DNA from: Chiloscyllium plagiosum
Lineage: Eukaryota
Assembly (NCBI RefSeq): GCF_004010195.1
Contig: NC_057743.1
Location: forward strand, 23,409,970-23,473,969
Direction: 5' to 3'
Length of the DNA stretch: 64,000 nucleotides
Below the pieces are notes generated by a model. That model was not told the origin of the DNA. It searched no databases and saw only the letters and a list, made by a program, of their open reading frames with translations. Made by a program: the position numbers and the translations under genes. Shown here in pieces: positions 37,384-50,324 of the stretch; the first letter of the stretch is position 1; every line of letters begins with the position of its first letter.

Positions 37384-39327
37384 GTATCTCCAAGACTGCG
37401 GGAAGAGTGGGAGAGGGTATTCTTTGAGGAGAAATAAGAGAGGTTCTGGAGATTGAGGTACAGCGACAGAGTAGAATGGAGAGAAGAGAGAGGTCGGATG
37501 TAAGAAAGAGCAGATGACGGAGACAAAGATGAGTGGGAGGGGTGGGAATAGAGAGAGGTGGGGGGTTGGGGTTGGGGAGGGTGAGGTGGGGGGGAGGGAG
37601 GTGTGGTGGGGATGGCGTGAGAGGTGGAGNNNNNNNNNNNNNNNNNNNNNNNNNNNNNNNNNNNNNNNNNNNNNNNNNNNNNNNNNNNNNNNNNNNNNNN
37701 NNNNNNNNNNNNNNNNNNNNNNNNNNNNNNNNNNNNNNNNNNNNNNNNNNNNNNNNNNNNNNNNNNNNNNNNNNNNNNNNNNNNNNNNNNNNNNNNNNNN
37801 NNNNNNNNNNNNNNNNNNNNNNNNNNNNNNNNNNNNNNNNNNNNNNNNNNNNNNNNNNNNNNNNNNNNNNNNNNNNNNNNNNNNNNNNNNNNNNNNNNNN
37901 NNNNNNNNNNNNNNNNNNNNNNNNNNNNNNNNNNNNNNNNNNNNNNNNNNNNNNNNNNNNNNNNNNNNNNNNNNNNNNNNNNNNNNNNNNNNNNNNNNNN
38001 NNNNNNNNNNNNNNNNNNNNNNNNNNNNNNNNNNNNNNNNNNNNNNNNNNNNNNNNNNNNNNNNNNNNNNNNNNNNNNNNNNNNNNNNNNNNNNNNNNNN
38101 NNNNNNNNNNNNNNNNNNNNNNNNNNCAGTGGAATGAGGTGGGACGAGTGGAGTGGGGGAGGATATGGAAAGAGGAATGGGGAGAAAAAATATGGGCTGA
38201 AGGGTTATGAGGGAGGAGGGTGGGATGGGACAGGGAATAGAGCAGATGAGGGTTAATGAGAGATTGGGGAAATAAAGAGAAGGGTTCTGAAGGGAGAATA
38301 GGAGGAATGGAATGGAGAGAGATAAGGAGGGAAGGGTGCTGTGGAAGGCCAATGCAAAGACGGGAGAAACGTCGCTTTTTGGGATACAGTGAAGCCCCTT
38401 GGTTGGGTGTGGGGGAATGGGGTCAATGGGAGAATGGGGGGGGGGAGGAGAGGGCGGGATTATGAAAGCGAGTTTGAAGGAGAGAAGGATGCGGTTACGA
38501 AGAGCTAAATGATTGGGAGAATCCTATGAGTTGGAATTGGGGAGCGTCTTAGCGGCCCACATGGATTAAATGTCGGAGGAATGGGTGCATAAAGAGCCAG
38601 GGTGTTCAAACAAAAGTGATCCGGTTCTTCAGAAAATAATATGGAGTTTGTAGCGTCCGAGCGACATTCTGTGGGGTGGGGGGAATCAGGGCTGAAGTCT
38701 GTGCCTACCCTCTCCTGAATCTTTATTATGTTTGCTGTTTGGGGTCATTTATTTTCGGGGATGGGTGGAGGTGCTGACGTGGAAAAAGATGGGGGAGGGG
38801 AGTGCGGTTCGGGAGGGACTGAGTTGTAGAGTCAGCGGCTCACTGTCTGTGTTGACTGTGAGCCCAGGCTCTGGAATATACTCCGCCTGCCTTCCTCCCA
38901 TTTCCAATGCACTTGCCAAGATCTTAAACCCCCGATATCCCTGCAACCGCTGGATATTTCTGGAACATTCCCCTCGCTCATAGTCCAATTTTTACTCCAG
39001 TCTCATAGATTGTGTTTTCGATTTGAAATTGCACGGTTTGGTGAGAGAAGGCTTCATTCATTTAAGATCTGCTTCTGTACTAAGTAAAATAATTGGCATG
39101 TTTTCCCCAACAGTTGATTAATCTGAGATTTGAAGGTCGCTTGCTACCCCCTACCCCACCCATCATCTTAGTTTAGACTACATTTTTAGAATATTTCTTT
39201 GCAATAGAGAGAAACGACCCTGCATCGGTCCAGAAAGATCTGACTGCTGGGAAAAAAAAACACTCCTAAAATCCCAGCTTGTGGCTTATATCCTTAGAGG
39301 CGATGGCAACCCTAATGAATGTTTAAA

Positions 39328-39538
39328 ACAAAACAGAAATTGCTGGAGAAGCTCGGCAGGTCTGGGAGGATCTGTGGAGAGAAAGCAGAGGTAACGTTTC
39401 CAGTCCTGTGACTCTTCTTCAGAACCACCAGGGTCACTTAGTTCTGAGGAAGAGTAACTGGACTCGAAAAGTTAACCCTGCTCTCTCTCCATATATACTG
39501 GCAGACCTTCTGAGCTTCTCCAGCAATTTGTTTTTCAG
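39328..39538. mobile_element. Fold-back mini-element (family C) with hammerhead core
   Basis: Inverted arms aaaacagaaattgctggagaagctc.../...gagcttctccagcaatttgttttt around gtt-CTGAGGA-agagt-aactgg-actc-GAAAA-GTT-aac. Related copies at ~8100, 18460, 23560-24040 and 45560. Confidence 0.65.
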
Positions 39539-39540
39539 TT

Positions 39541-40260
39541 ATAGAGTCATAGAGAAGTACAGCACGGAAACAGACCCTCTAGTCCAACCCGTCCATGCTG
39601 ACCAGATACCCCAACCCAATCTAGTTCCACCTGCCAGCACCCAGCCCATATCCCTCCAAACTCTTCCTATTCATATACCCATCCAAATGCCTCTTAAATG
39701 TTGCAATTGTACCAGCCTCCACCACTTCCTCTGGCAGCTCATTCTACACTCACACCACCCTCTGCATGAAAACGTTGCCTATTAGGCCTCTTTTATTATC
39801 TTTCCCCCTCACCCTAAACCAATGCCCTCTAGTTCTGAATTCCCCCACCCCAGGAAAACACCTTGTCTATTTATCCTATCCATACCCCTCATGATTTTAT
39901 AAACTTCTGTAATGTCACCCCTCAGCCTCCAACGCTCCAGGGAAAACCCGCTCTAGCCTATTCAACCTCTCCCTATAGCTCAAACGGAACAACCCTGACA
40001 ACATCCTTGTAAATCTTTTCTCAACTCTTTCAAGTTTCACAACATCTTTCCGATAGGAAGAGGACCAGATCTGCATGCAATATTCCAAAAGTGGCCTAAC
40101 CAATGTCCTGTACAGCCACCTTTATATCCAAATGGTTAGTTCTCCTTGTATTCCATGCGATCTAACCTTGCTAACCAATCTCCCACGGGAAACCTTGTCA
40201 AATGCCTTACTGAAGTCCATGTAGATCACGTCTACCACTCTGCCCTCATCAATCCTCTTT
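39541..40260 (-). mobile_element. CR1 3' fragment
   Basis: Reverse complement of the 52400-53130 CR1 end; VRPLLEYCMQIWSSSYRKDVVKLERV. Confidence 0.85.
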
Positions 40261-40800
40261 GTTCTTTTATTTATTTTTGTGACTATCTAACTCAACCACT
40301 CTTTCAAGTGAATAAAAACCATCTCGATTCTCCCTTTGACCTTCTACCTCTGAAATCTACACCCTTGAGTTATTGATCCCTTAGTAGAAAATGTGCCTTC
40401 CTATCCTATTTCTGCCCCTCATCATTTTATACACCTCTATCAGGTCCCCTCTAAACCTTTGCTGCTCCTTGGAAATCAATTCCAGACTATCTTCCTCACA
40501 GCTCAGAAAGCTTCATGGGGAATCTCCTATGCACCCTCAGTTATATCCATCATATAATGTGTTGACCTGAAATACTCCATGCAATAACTCTAGTTGTCGA
40601 CAACCAGCATTTTATACATTCTTGTGTAACTCCTTGCTCTTGTATTTCTGTGCCTTGAGAACAAAAATTGACAGATGGGGTCAGTATTTTAATAGGCTGT
40701 TGAGGGTGGGGTGGGATGGCTTCTGATTAATAAGTGACTGTTAATTATTACATAATTTATTTTCTTTTAATTTGATGAAAGATTGGGATCACAATCAATG

Positions 40801-42650
40801 AGTCATAGATATGTACAGTGCAGAAACAGACCATTCGGTCCAACTTGTCCTTACCTACCAGATATCCCAACCCAATCTAGTCCTATTTGCCAGCACGTGG
40901 CCCATTTCTCTCTAAACCCCTCCTCTTCATATACTCATCCAGATGCCTTTTAAATGTTGCAATTTTACCAGCCTCCAACACTTCCTCTGGCAGCTCATTC
41001 CATACACGTATGAACCTCTGCATGAAAAAGTTGACCCTTAAGTCTCTTTATATCTTTCCCCTCTCATCCTAAACCTATGCCCTCTAGTCTGGACTCCCCC
41101 ACCCCAGGGAAACGACTTTGTCTATTTATCCTATCCATGCCCCTCATGATTTTATAAACCTCTATAAGATCACTCCTCAGGCTCCAACACTCCAGTGAAA
41201 CCGGAACCAGCCTATTCAACTTCTCCCTATAGCTCTAATCCACTAACCCTGGCAACATCCTTGTAAATCTTTTCTGAACCCTTTCAAGTTTCACAACATC
41301 CTTCTGATAGGAAGGAAACCAGAATTGAATGCAGTATTCCAAAAGTGACCTAACCAATGTCCTGTACAGCTGCAACATGACCTCCCAACTCCTATACTCA
41401 ATTCTCTGACCAATAACGGAAAGCATACCAAATGCCTTCTTCACTATCCTATCTACATGCAACTCTACTTTCAAGGAGCTATGAACCTGCACTCCAAGGT
41501 CTATTTGTTCAGCAACACTCTCTAGGACCTTACCATTAAGTGTATAAGGAGAAAGTGAGGACTGCAGATGCTGGAGATCAGAGCTGAAAATGTGTTGCTG
41601 GAAAAGCGCAGCAGGTCAGGCAGCATCCAGGGAACAGGAGAATCGACGTTTCGGGCATAAGCCCATTCCTGAAGAAGGGCTTATGCCCGAAACGTCGATT
41701 CTCCTGTTCCCTGGATGCTGCCTGACCTGCTGCGCTTTTCCAGCAACACATTTTCAGCATTAAGTATGTAAATCCTGCTAAGATTTGCTTTCCAAAATGC
41801 TGCACCTACATTTATCTAAATTAAATTCCATCTGCCACTCCTCAGCCCATTGCCCCATCTGATCAAGATCCTGTTGTAATTTGAGATAACCTCCTTCACT
41901 GTTCACTACACCTCCAATTTATGGTGTCATTGCAAACTTACTAACTATATCTCCTATGTTCATATCCAAATCATTTATATAAATGACAAAAAGTAGTGGG
42001 CCCAGCACCTTGTGGCACTCCACTGGTCATAGGCCTCCATTGTGAAAAACAACCCTCCACCACCACTCTTTGTCTTCTTGAGGCAGTTCCGTGTCCAAAT
42101 GGCTAAGTTCTCCCTCTATTCCATGATATCTAACCTTGCTAACAAATCTCCCATGAGGAACATTGCCGAACACCTTACTGAAGTCCATATAGATCACATT
42201 CACCACTCTGCCCTCATCAATCCTCTTTGTTACTTTTTCAAGTTTGTGAGACATGATTTCCCACACACAAAGCCATGTTGACTATCCCTAATCAGTCCTT
42301 GCCTTTCCAAATATGTGTAAATCCTGTCCCTCAGGATTCCCTCCAATAACCTGCCCACCACCGTCAGGCTCACCGGTCTATATTCCTTGGCTTGTCCTCA
42401 CCACCTTTCTTAAATAATGGTATCACATAAGCCAACCTCCAGAATTCTGGCACCTCACGTGTTACTATCAATGATACAAATATCTCAGTAAGAGACCCAG
42501 CAGTCACTTCTCTAGCTTCCCACAGAGTTCTAGGGTACACCTGAGCAGGTCCTGGGGATTTATCCACTTTTATGCATTTTAAGACATCCAGCACTTCCTC
42601 GTATATGGACATTTTTCAAGCTGTCACTATCTATTTCCCCACATTCTATA
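40801..42650 (-). mobile_element. CR1 LINE, degenerate RT region
   Basis: KSPGP..VYPR.L.EARE, YMDFSKVF, LYRTLVRSLLEYC. Interrupted at 41549-41758. Confidence 0.88.
41549..41758. mobile_element. Penelope-terminus fold-back element (family A), 82-bp perfect inverted repeat
   Basis: 41583-41664 is the exact reverse complement of 41677-41758, with a 12-nt loop. Imperfect duplication attaagtgtataa / attaagtatgtaa. Confidence 0.85.
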
Positions 42651-42889
42651 TCTCAGAGACTTCCATGCTTGTTGCCAAGTCCATTTCTGCAGCATGAATG
42701 GCAAGCCAATCTTGCTCAGAGTGTTGTAAAGTGTTTTTTATCTCTTGAAAGAATTATTCAGTAATGCTGTTGACACCCCATCTCAGAGTGACCTGAGGAG
42801 AGTTTGCCAACACATTGCATGATCATTGCAGAATGATGGACCTAGTGAGTCTGTCTTGTTCAGATCATTTCAGAAACAATTGCATTTAA

Positions 42890-42982
42890 TTAAAAATCAT
42901 AAAACACCAGGTTATAGTCCAGCAGGTTTATTTGGAAGCACTAGCTTTCGGAGCGCTGCTCCTTCATCAGGTGATTGTGGCA
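42890..42982 (-). mobile_element. Family B mini-element with minimal hammerhead
   Basis: 12-bp duplication aattgcatttaa (42878-42889 / 42983-42994). The same terminus occurs at ~15790, 17660, 36660 and 58830. Confidence 0.75.
42939..42973 (-). ncRNA. Minimal type I hammerhead ribozyme motif
   Basis: cac-CUGAUGA-a-GGAGC-agc-GCUCC-GAAA-G-CUA-gug: conserved core, stem II, palindromic stem III (AGCU), NUH triplet, stem I cac/gug. Confidence 0.7.
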
Positions 42983-43911
42983 AATTGCATTTAACAAAAT
43001 GATAATTTTAAGAGAGTTGCTGTAGGATATTAATTATGTCGCATGCTGGAAATCAAGCCTTCCTATTCTCAGAGGTGTCCTCAAAGTTAAAGATTTTCAA
43101 AAGTATACAGAATTCCTCAATTTATCTTCTTTCGGGCCCAGGTTTATAGAAAACATAGACTATGTTTCTGTACTTAACAAGAATGACTATTTCAAATAAA
43201 TAAATTCGAATGACAAACAAACAATTACGAACCATCAATTGATTACTCTGCTAGAGTTAAAACTGTAACTTCCCTTATAAATGCCCTGTCTCTAAACACA
43301 CTTGAATACACATGTGGGAAACAAAATATAGGTGGAATTAAAGAGTGGAGTAGCAGTTCAGTGGCCCCTGTCCACAGGGTTTGCTGAGGTGATTCTTGGC
43401 CTGATCAGAGGACTGCTTCTTTATTATCCTTCTCCAGATACTCCCACCTGTTTGCAGGAGGCACAGAGTGGCCGGTTCCCTTTTATACAGGTCTTTGATT
43501 TATCAGTTAAGTCTCAGGTTAGGTATCTGGGAGTAGATCACATAGTTGTTGGCAAGCAGAAAACCTTCATCATTGATAACTAGCTACTAGCCCACAGACC
43601 AATCAGGTACTTGTTGCCAGGCAAAGCTACTTTCATGCGCACCCCATTGGCTCCAAGCAGCTGTGCAAACAGTACTTACAATAAGTGACAGATACTTTCT
43701 TTTTAAAATGCAGCAATTCTTCAATAATCCATGACTTTTAAAACAATTGTTTTCCCACAACCAAAAATACAAAAAAAAAGTAACACTCCCCACTGTATTG
43801 AGCTGGTGCCTGAGAGTTAAGGAGGGAATGTATATTTTGTGAATCAATAACTGTAAGTTGGGAATTGATGTGCTTCAGCCACAAACTCTGCTTTTTGTTG
43901 TTTCTTTGCAG

Positions 43912-44003
43912 AAAATCTCTTGGTATTCACTGTCGCCACAAAAGAGACAGATGGCTTCACGCGATTCATGAGATCTGCAAATTTCTTCAATTACACGGTT
44001 AAG
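43912..44003 (+). CDS. PLOD1: PLOD1 exon 2
   Basis: ttgcag|...AAG|gtgat; (E)[30 protein letters not shown]. Confidence 0.93.
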
Positions 44004-44803
44004 GTGATATAAGTTGGAGAAAATTATACATAAACTAACACAATATCAATGAGAACAGATCAGCAATTGATATCAGAGACTAATGAAGTTACACTCTAAT
44101 GCAAAATGCTTCTGTCAAATTAACTCCTGATTGACTGGACTAAAACAATAAGGTTTTTATAAAGTTTCCAATTGCAGTTAACGTTCTCACAACCAAATGA
44201 TGCTGTCAACCCAGCTGCTTACTCAGTTTTTAAGTTTCTGATTAGTTGGTTCAGTCTGTTGGATCATTCTGAGAGTTGAGGGTGGGAAAAGGATGTGCAT
44301 GGGATGGTCCATATCATTGTAGATTCAGCAAGTTTGAGGGCAGTGCAAACTACTGGGTGCAAAGTTTAATTATCAGGAAATTTGTTAAACATATTTTACT
44401 AATAACTAAATCAGTCAGGTGACTGAAAATATACAGGCACCCTAAGGGGAATAGTTGGCTGATTTGTCATCTTGTGTGTTGGATATGGGTAATGTCAATG
44501 TATGATATTACAAAAATCAATTATTGGATCCTCCTTCTTTAACTGAGGTTATGAATATAAAATAAAATTTCAGACATCCCACCTCCTTGACTAGTGATTT
44601 GTAACAAATCCAACGCAGAGGGTGGTACGTGTATGGAACGAGCTGCCCAGAGGAAGTGGTGGAGGCTGGTACAATTTCAACATGTTGGCCTGCTCCTAAT
44701 AAGTAGAATAGATCATTCCCAATTGAGTATTCAAGGGCAGTTTAGCATTGCTCAATCCCATGGGTGTTTAATAGTGAAAATTGTCCCTTTTTGTATTTTG
44801 AAG

Positions 44804-44940
44804 GTGTTGGGTCTGGGTGAGGAGTGGACAGGTGGAGATGTGACAAAATCCTCAGGAGGCGGGCAGAAAGTACGGATTCTGAAGCAAGCCTTGAAATCAT
44901 ATGCCACAGAGAAGGAACTGATCATTCTGTTTGTGGACAG
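44804..44940 (+). CDS. PLOD1: PLOD1 exon 3
   Basis: VLGLGEEWTGGDVTKSSGGGQKVRILKQALKSYATEKELIILFVD(S), canonical AG/GT. Confidence 0.93.
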
Positions 44941-45308
44941 GTACACCCCAGCTGTATGAGACCTCCCTGCATGGGGTTGGGTTGTGAGGTTTTTCTAGAT
45001 TTGACCAATCTGATCTCTCAGCAGAGTGCAGGAGATCACAGAGTACTATTCTGAAGAAGAATGGAAGAATTTCTCACAATGTCCTAAACAATATTTATCC
45101 CTCAACAACATCATTAGAACAAATTAACTGTTCTATATCACTTTGCTGTTAGAAGGAGCTTGTTGCATGCAAATTGGCTGCCAGCATTCTTAAATTACAA
45201 CAGTGCATGTGCTTCAAAACCTTTTGGAAACATCCTGACATAGTGAGAGGTGCAATTTAAATTCAAGTCCTCCTTTCTGTCACCACCTAATCTTGTAATG
45301 TTTTGCAG

Positions 45309-45472
45309 CTATGACGTAATATTTGCTTCAGGGCCTGACGAATTACTGAAGAAGTTTCATCAGGCAAAGCATAATGTAGTCTTTGCTGCTGAGGGCTTTA
45401 TTTGGCCCAATCACCATCTTGAAGTCCAGTACCCTCATGTAAGGGAAGGCAAGCGATTCCTCAATTCCGGAG
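45309..45472 (+). CDS. PLOD1: PLOD1 exon 4
   Basis: [54 protein letters not shown], canonical AG/GT. Confidence 0.93.
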
Positions 45473-46062
45473 GTGAGTTTCCACGTTTGCGGTGCACAAA
45501 GTTCACCTTTTTGAGTGTTACAGGCACAGTGAATGCTTGGATTTATATCTGTGTGTAAAACAGAAAGTACTAGAGAAACTCAATAACATTCAATGAGACA
45601 GAAATAGAGTTAACATTAAGTCACACGTGACTGTTCTTACAAATAAAAGTCAAATTGGACTCAAAACATTAACCCACTTTTTCTCTCCACAGATGCTGGC
45701 AAATCTGCTGAGTTCCCCCAGCACTTTCTGTTTTTATTTCAAATCTGCAGCTTTCATAGTGCTTTGCTTTTATTTCTATGTAAAGCAGCTTGTGTATAAT
45801 ACTATGTTTCCAGTAAATAACTTGTGATTGTATGAAAGCGTGCACATGAACATGTCTATGTGTATTTGTACATATATTTGTACGGGTGCCTCCATGCATA
45901 TGTATCTATCTTCAAATAGGTGTTCATGTGGTTGTTTATGTACATCTTTAATTTAGTTCTGTGCTAGTACACTCCAATACCTTGTAATATTTGCTAGAAA
46001 AAGGATCAGGATTACAGTGCCTGGATATGATGCAAATTCATAATCCTTTTGGGAAATTTCAG

Positions 46063-46175
46063 GATTTATTGGCTTTGCTCCAAATATTTATGAACTTGTG
46101 GAACCCTGGGATCTGCAGGACAAACATGATGATCAACTCTTTTACACAAAAACATACCTGGATCCAAAGAAGAGG
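46063..46175 (+). CDS. PLOD1: PLOD1 exon 5
   Basis: (G)[37 protein letters not shown], canonical AG/GT. Confidence 0.93.
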
Positions 46176-46430
46176 GTAAGGAACTGGAGAGAGCATTGAA
46201 GAGTATAGACTTTGGTGGGTAATAGTGGAACACTATGGTAAGGTATTATTCAGTAACATAGGATGGAATCTTCTGTTATGTTGTCTAAGCTTGGTGTCAG
46301 GTGAGAAGTGAACATCATTTCCAGTTAGCATGTCAGCACCTCTCAGGTGATTACACCAATCTCAGTTTATTACAGATGAATGTATAAGTAGCTTGGTGAA
46401 TCTTGTGATAGAGCACAGTGGCTCAGTGGT

Positions 46431-46778
46431 TGGTGGCACAGTAGCTCAGTGGTTAGTACTGCTGTCTTACAGCACCAGGGACCTGGGTTCAATTCCAGCC
46501 CGGGGACTGTCTGTGGGGAGTTTGCACATTCTCTCCTTATTTGTGTGAGTTTCCTCCAGGTGCTCCGGTTTCCTCCCACAATTGAAAGATGTGCAGGTTG
46601 GGTGAATTGGCCATGCTGAATTGCCCATAGTGTTCATGGATGTGTAGGTTAGGTGCATTGGTCAGGGGAAATGTAGAGTAATAGGGAGGGGAATGGGTCT
46701 GGGCGGGATACTCTTTGGAAAGTGGGTGTGGGCTTGTTGAGCAAAATAACCCCTTTTCACACTGTAGGGAATCTATGA
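46431..46778 (+). mobile_element. HE1-like tRNA-derived SINE
   Basis: A-box tagctcagtggtt, B-box ggttcaattcc, V-SINE-like core gagtttgcacattctc...gtttcctcc.ggtgctccggtttcctccca. Confidence 0.82.
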
Positions 46779-48445
46779 TTTCAAAGCAGAAAGGAATCCT
46801 TGATGCTGAGTTACCCCTCAGAGTTGAAGGATCTACTGCCTTGTTTAAAGAGCACCTTGACAGCTACCCACCAGGAACATCAGTTATGCCTTTGTAGCAC
46901 CCCATCATCCAAAACTGTTACCCAGCAATATCACAGGCACAACAGAACATGAACCCATGTTCAGGGATGCCTCACTGCACCATAGCTAGTAGAAGTGCAG
47001 GATTCACATGTCCCATCCTCATTTATGCATGAAGTAATAGAATAAATGGCAGGGATCAATCTGTTCACTATTTCCTTTGCTGTTCTCATTTTTTTTCTGC
47101 CTTTGACCATACAAAATGCCTTTCATCTCAAATTTCATTGTAGTTCCTGACCTTGCTGACATTTCAATGTCATGAGGCTCCTGAGTCATGGAGTGAACGT
47201 GTTGCCCTATGCGCACTTCACATAGAGAGGAGAGGACACTTGAGCCTGGTTCTCAAGCTGTTGGCTCATTGCTACAAGGATTTGCCTTTAGTTAATCCCA
47301 GGAACTCTACAGTAACTCCTCCCATCTGCAAATCCCTGCTTTCTATTTTACTGTGCATTATTGATGAGAAACTCTGCCCTGATCTAGAGAAAAGCAAAAT
47401 GGTCTGCATCACTTTCATTTCTGAAGTTCCACTACACTTTCCTTCATTTCATCTTCCCACCTTCCTTCCTTCCCTTCCTTCCCTCCTTCCTCCCTTCCTC
47501 TTCCTCCTTCCTCTCCCTCCCAACCTCTCCCTGAGAGTATAGCCATCATCTTCACCATGCCCATCCATAGAACAACCTACTGCTTTACCTTTAACGACCT
47601 CCCTCATGTGACCATCTGCCTCTTTTCTATGAACTGGGAACTCTCAAAGCCCCACTTCGCCCTATCTCTGTCACTGTCCCAGCCACTTCCCAATATCTTC
47701 AACTTAATTCTCATGACCCCAACATTGACACAACTGATAGTAGCCCTTAGGCACAGTACCTTTAGTCAACCACCTAAGAAACCACTCCTAACTGTAGCTG
47801 CACCATTCACATTCACTATAACCCTTCCCTGGTGGTGAATACCCTACTACATTGCAACAGACATAATTCCTCAATTTGGCCAGGCTCCTTACCCCTTGTC
47901 TGTTACACTCCATTCTGCTTTCCTTGGTCATCTTCCACGGCCTGTACAAACTGGGGTACCATCACCCAATCTCAGTCAAGACATGGAATACACAAACACT
48001 CCCCAAAAAGGACAAAACCATGGCTAGTTACTCCAATATCCTTGAGATGATGCATTTGACTAGTGCACACGTGTTATACAATAGAAATCTGGAAGTCAAA
48101 TATTGCTTGCTGATAGAGAAATTAATTGGCAGAGGTAGCCTCTGGCAAGCTAGTATTTTGGTAGGCGTACATGAGATGCAAATGCATGCAAAAAGGCTTC
48201 CAGACCTTTGCTGATGTGAAGCTCAACACACCTCTAAAATTCTGCGTACTTAATTGCAAAAGATACCCCGTCCATTGAAATTCTGAATTTTGGCATCCTG
48301 CAGAATTAAGATCCCCCCCTCCATGGTCCACACTCCCCACTTCTCGGAACAGCACAAGCTTCTGCCTATTGTGACCAACAAAGTTCTATTTATTCTATTT
48401 ATTATCTTCCTGTTCACATTTGCCTTCTTTCCTTTTTTTCCCCAG

Positions 48446-48509
48446 GCAAGTTTGAACATTACTTTGGACCACAAATGTCGGATATTCCAGAATTTGAACG
48501 GAGCACTTG
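48446..48509 (+). CDS. PLOD1: PLOD1 exon 6
   Basis: ASLNITLDHKCRIFQNLNGAL, strong pyrimidine tract, G|gtatg. Confidence 0.92.
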
Positions 48510-49635
48510 GTATGTTAGGGTTGGGATCCTGTATAGGTCTCTGTGTTTCCCACTTTTCTGAATCACAGTCAGGAGTCATGTCACAAAGCATCCAATCAAG
48601 AATTCAAGCATAGAGCAGCTATGAAAATATGAGCAAATCGTGAAATAGTGGTAATGTCAGCCGATGAGTAATCCAGAAGCCCAGGCAAATGCTTTGGGAA
48701 CATGATATAAAATCTCCCTTCTGTCAGCTGGTACAATTTAAATTCAATTAGTTCAATTAAATTCTATTACAGTGAAAATTGGAAGTTAATGCTAATCTTA
48801 GTGATGTTGATGATGACTGTCAACATTAATTGTTGTAAAAATCCACCAGGTTCACTAGTGTCTTTAGAAAAAGGAATGTGCCATCCTTACCTGGTCTGGC
48901 CAATGTGTGACTGCAGAGCAATGTGGTTGACTCTCTGAAACCACCTAGCAAGTCACTCCATTCAAGTTCAAACAGCCCATTTAAAGATGGGTAACAAATA
49001 CTGTCTTGCCAGCCATGTCCACATTCCTAAGAAAGAATAAAGAAGAAAAGAACATAATTATACAATTGTCAATTCACCTAATATTCAAAACCAGTTTCGT
49101 ACAGCAGTGACCTTTGGTTCATAAAGATCATCAGGAGTGTGTGCTTGGGGCATAACCTCCTACCAGTTGTAGTTGTTCAAGATGCTAGAATAAAGGCAAA
49201 TGTTGTTAGTGAAGTTATGAACCTAGGCAGAGCTGTCCTGGTGCTGGCTACCAACTGAATTCTAGCTGAAGCAGACAATGGAAATTGGAAACTGCCTTTA
49301 TGCTGAATGCTGAGATTGCAACCATCACTGAACAATGAATATTCCATGTTCTTTCCCGACAGTGTACAGAGAGCTAAAAGCAGAAAACATTGGAAACGTA
49401 TAGTGGGAAATCTCTCTCCACAGACACAAATTTCTGAATGTTTCCAGAACTTTGTTTTATGTTAGATATGTTGCATGTACAATCTGGTACTTTTTGTCTT
49501 AAACTTACATTGATAAACTAACTTCAAGGGAATATAGAATTAAGAGTGAAAGTTCCTTTTATAATAACTGTCAGTATTGAGATTTAATAGTGCTAAACAC
49601 AATCTGTCATTCGCTGGTCTCTCTCTGATTGCCAG

Positions 49636-49733
49636 ATGAAGTGGTTCTGAAGTTTGAAGATAAACGAGTAAGAGCACGAAACATGGAGTATAATTCATTG
49701 CCTGTCATCATCCATGGAAATGGTCCCACAAAG
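49636..49733 (+). CDS. PLOD1: PLOD1 exon 7
   Basis: (D)[32 protein letters not shown], canonical AG/GT. Confidence 0.93.
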
Positions 49734-50324
49734 GTAGGTGTGTCTCTGTAGTCATGATCCCAAGTTTATTACAGGGCAGGAATCTCATTCAGATCATCTA
49801 GTGAGATTCTAACATCCTACATTGTGATATGCGATTGTTTCTTACATCTCATATCTCACGCCATTTAAGATGGGGATAAAGTTAACATTTTGGCTCAATG
49901 AAAGGTATTTGATGTGAAATATTAACTTTACTTCTCTCTCTACATATGTTTCAGAGCATTTTCAGCATTTTCTGTTTTAGTTAGACATCTTATAAAGATG
50001 TTAAGCAGGGATGTGGCAGTAAATTGATTCATTTTTCAAAAACCCAGTAGAAGCACGAATGGCCTCCTGCATGCATGTATATGTAATTCTGTATGTGATA
50101 TTACCTTTACTTTGCCTGTTTATCATTGCTGTCATATTCATTCAAAATGTCCCTTTCCTGCTGTGGCAATTCCTCTCTAACTCTTAGTTACTCATCTGTT
50201 ACACTACCTTTATTTCTGTCATTTCCTCTGCCAGTCATTCAATCTTTCATTCATTTTCTATCTTTATGCCAGTTCTCCACACTCTTGGTCACTGCCTCAA
50301 TTTACCTTCAGTGCTTTGGTAATC

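Noticed and set aside
37270-38352. 200-360 aa ORFs around 37.5-38.3 kb (also 12444-12944)
   Set aside because: Artefacts of translating through N gaps and low-complexity purine-rich DNA.
3330-42650. Apparent preference of Penelope insertions for CR1/SINE targets
   Set aside because: Few events, CR1/SINE DNA is abundant here, and other insertions fall in unique sequence; no shared target motif is visible.
46431-46500. tRNA-like A and B boxes
   Set aside because: Head of a multi-copy SINE followed by SINE body; no complete cloverleaf.
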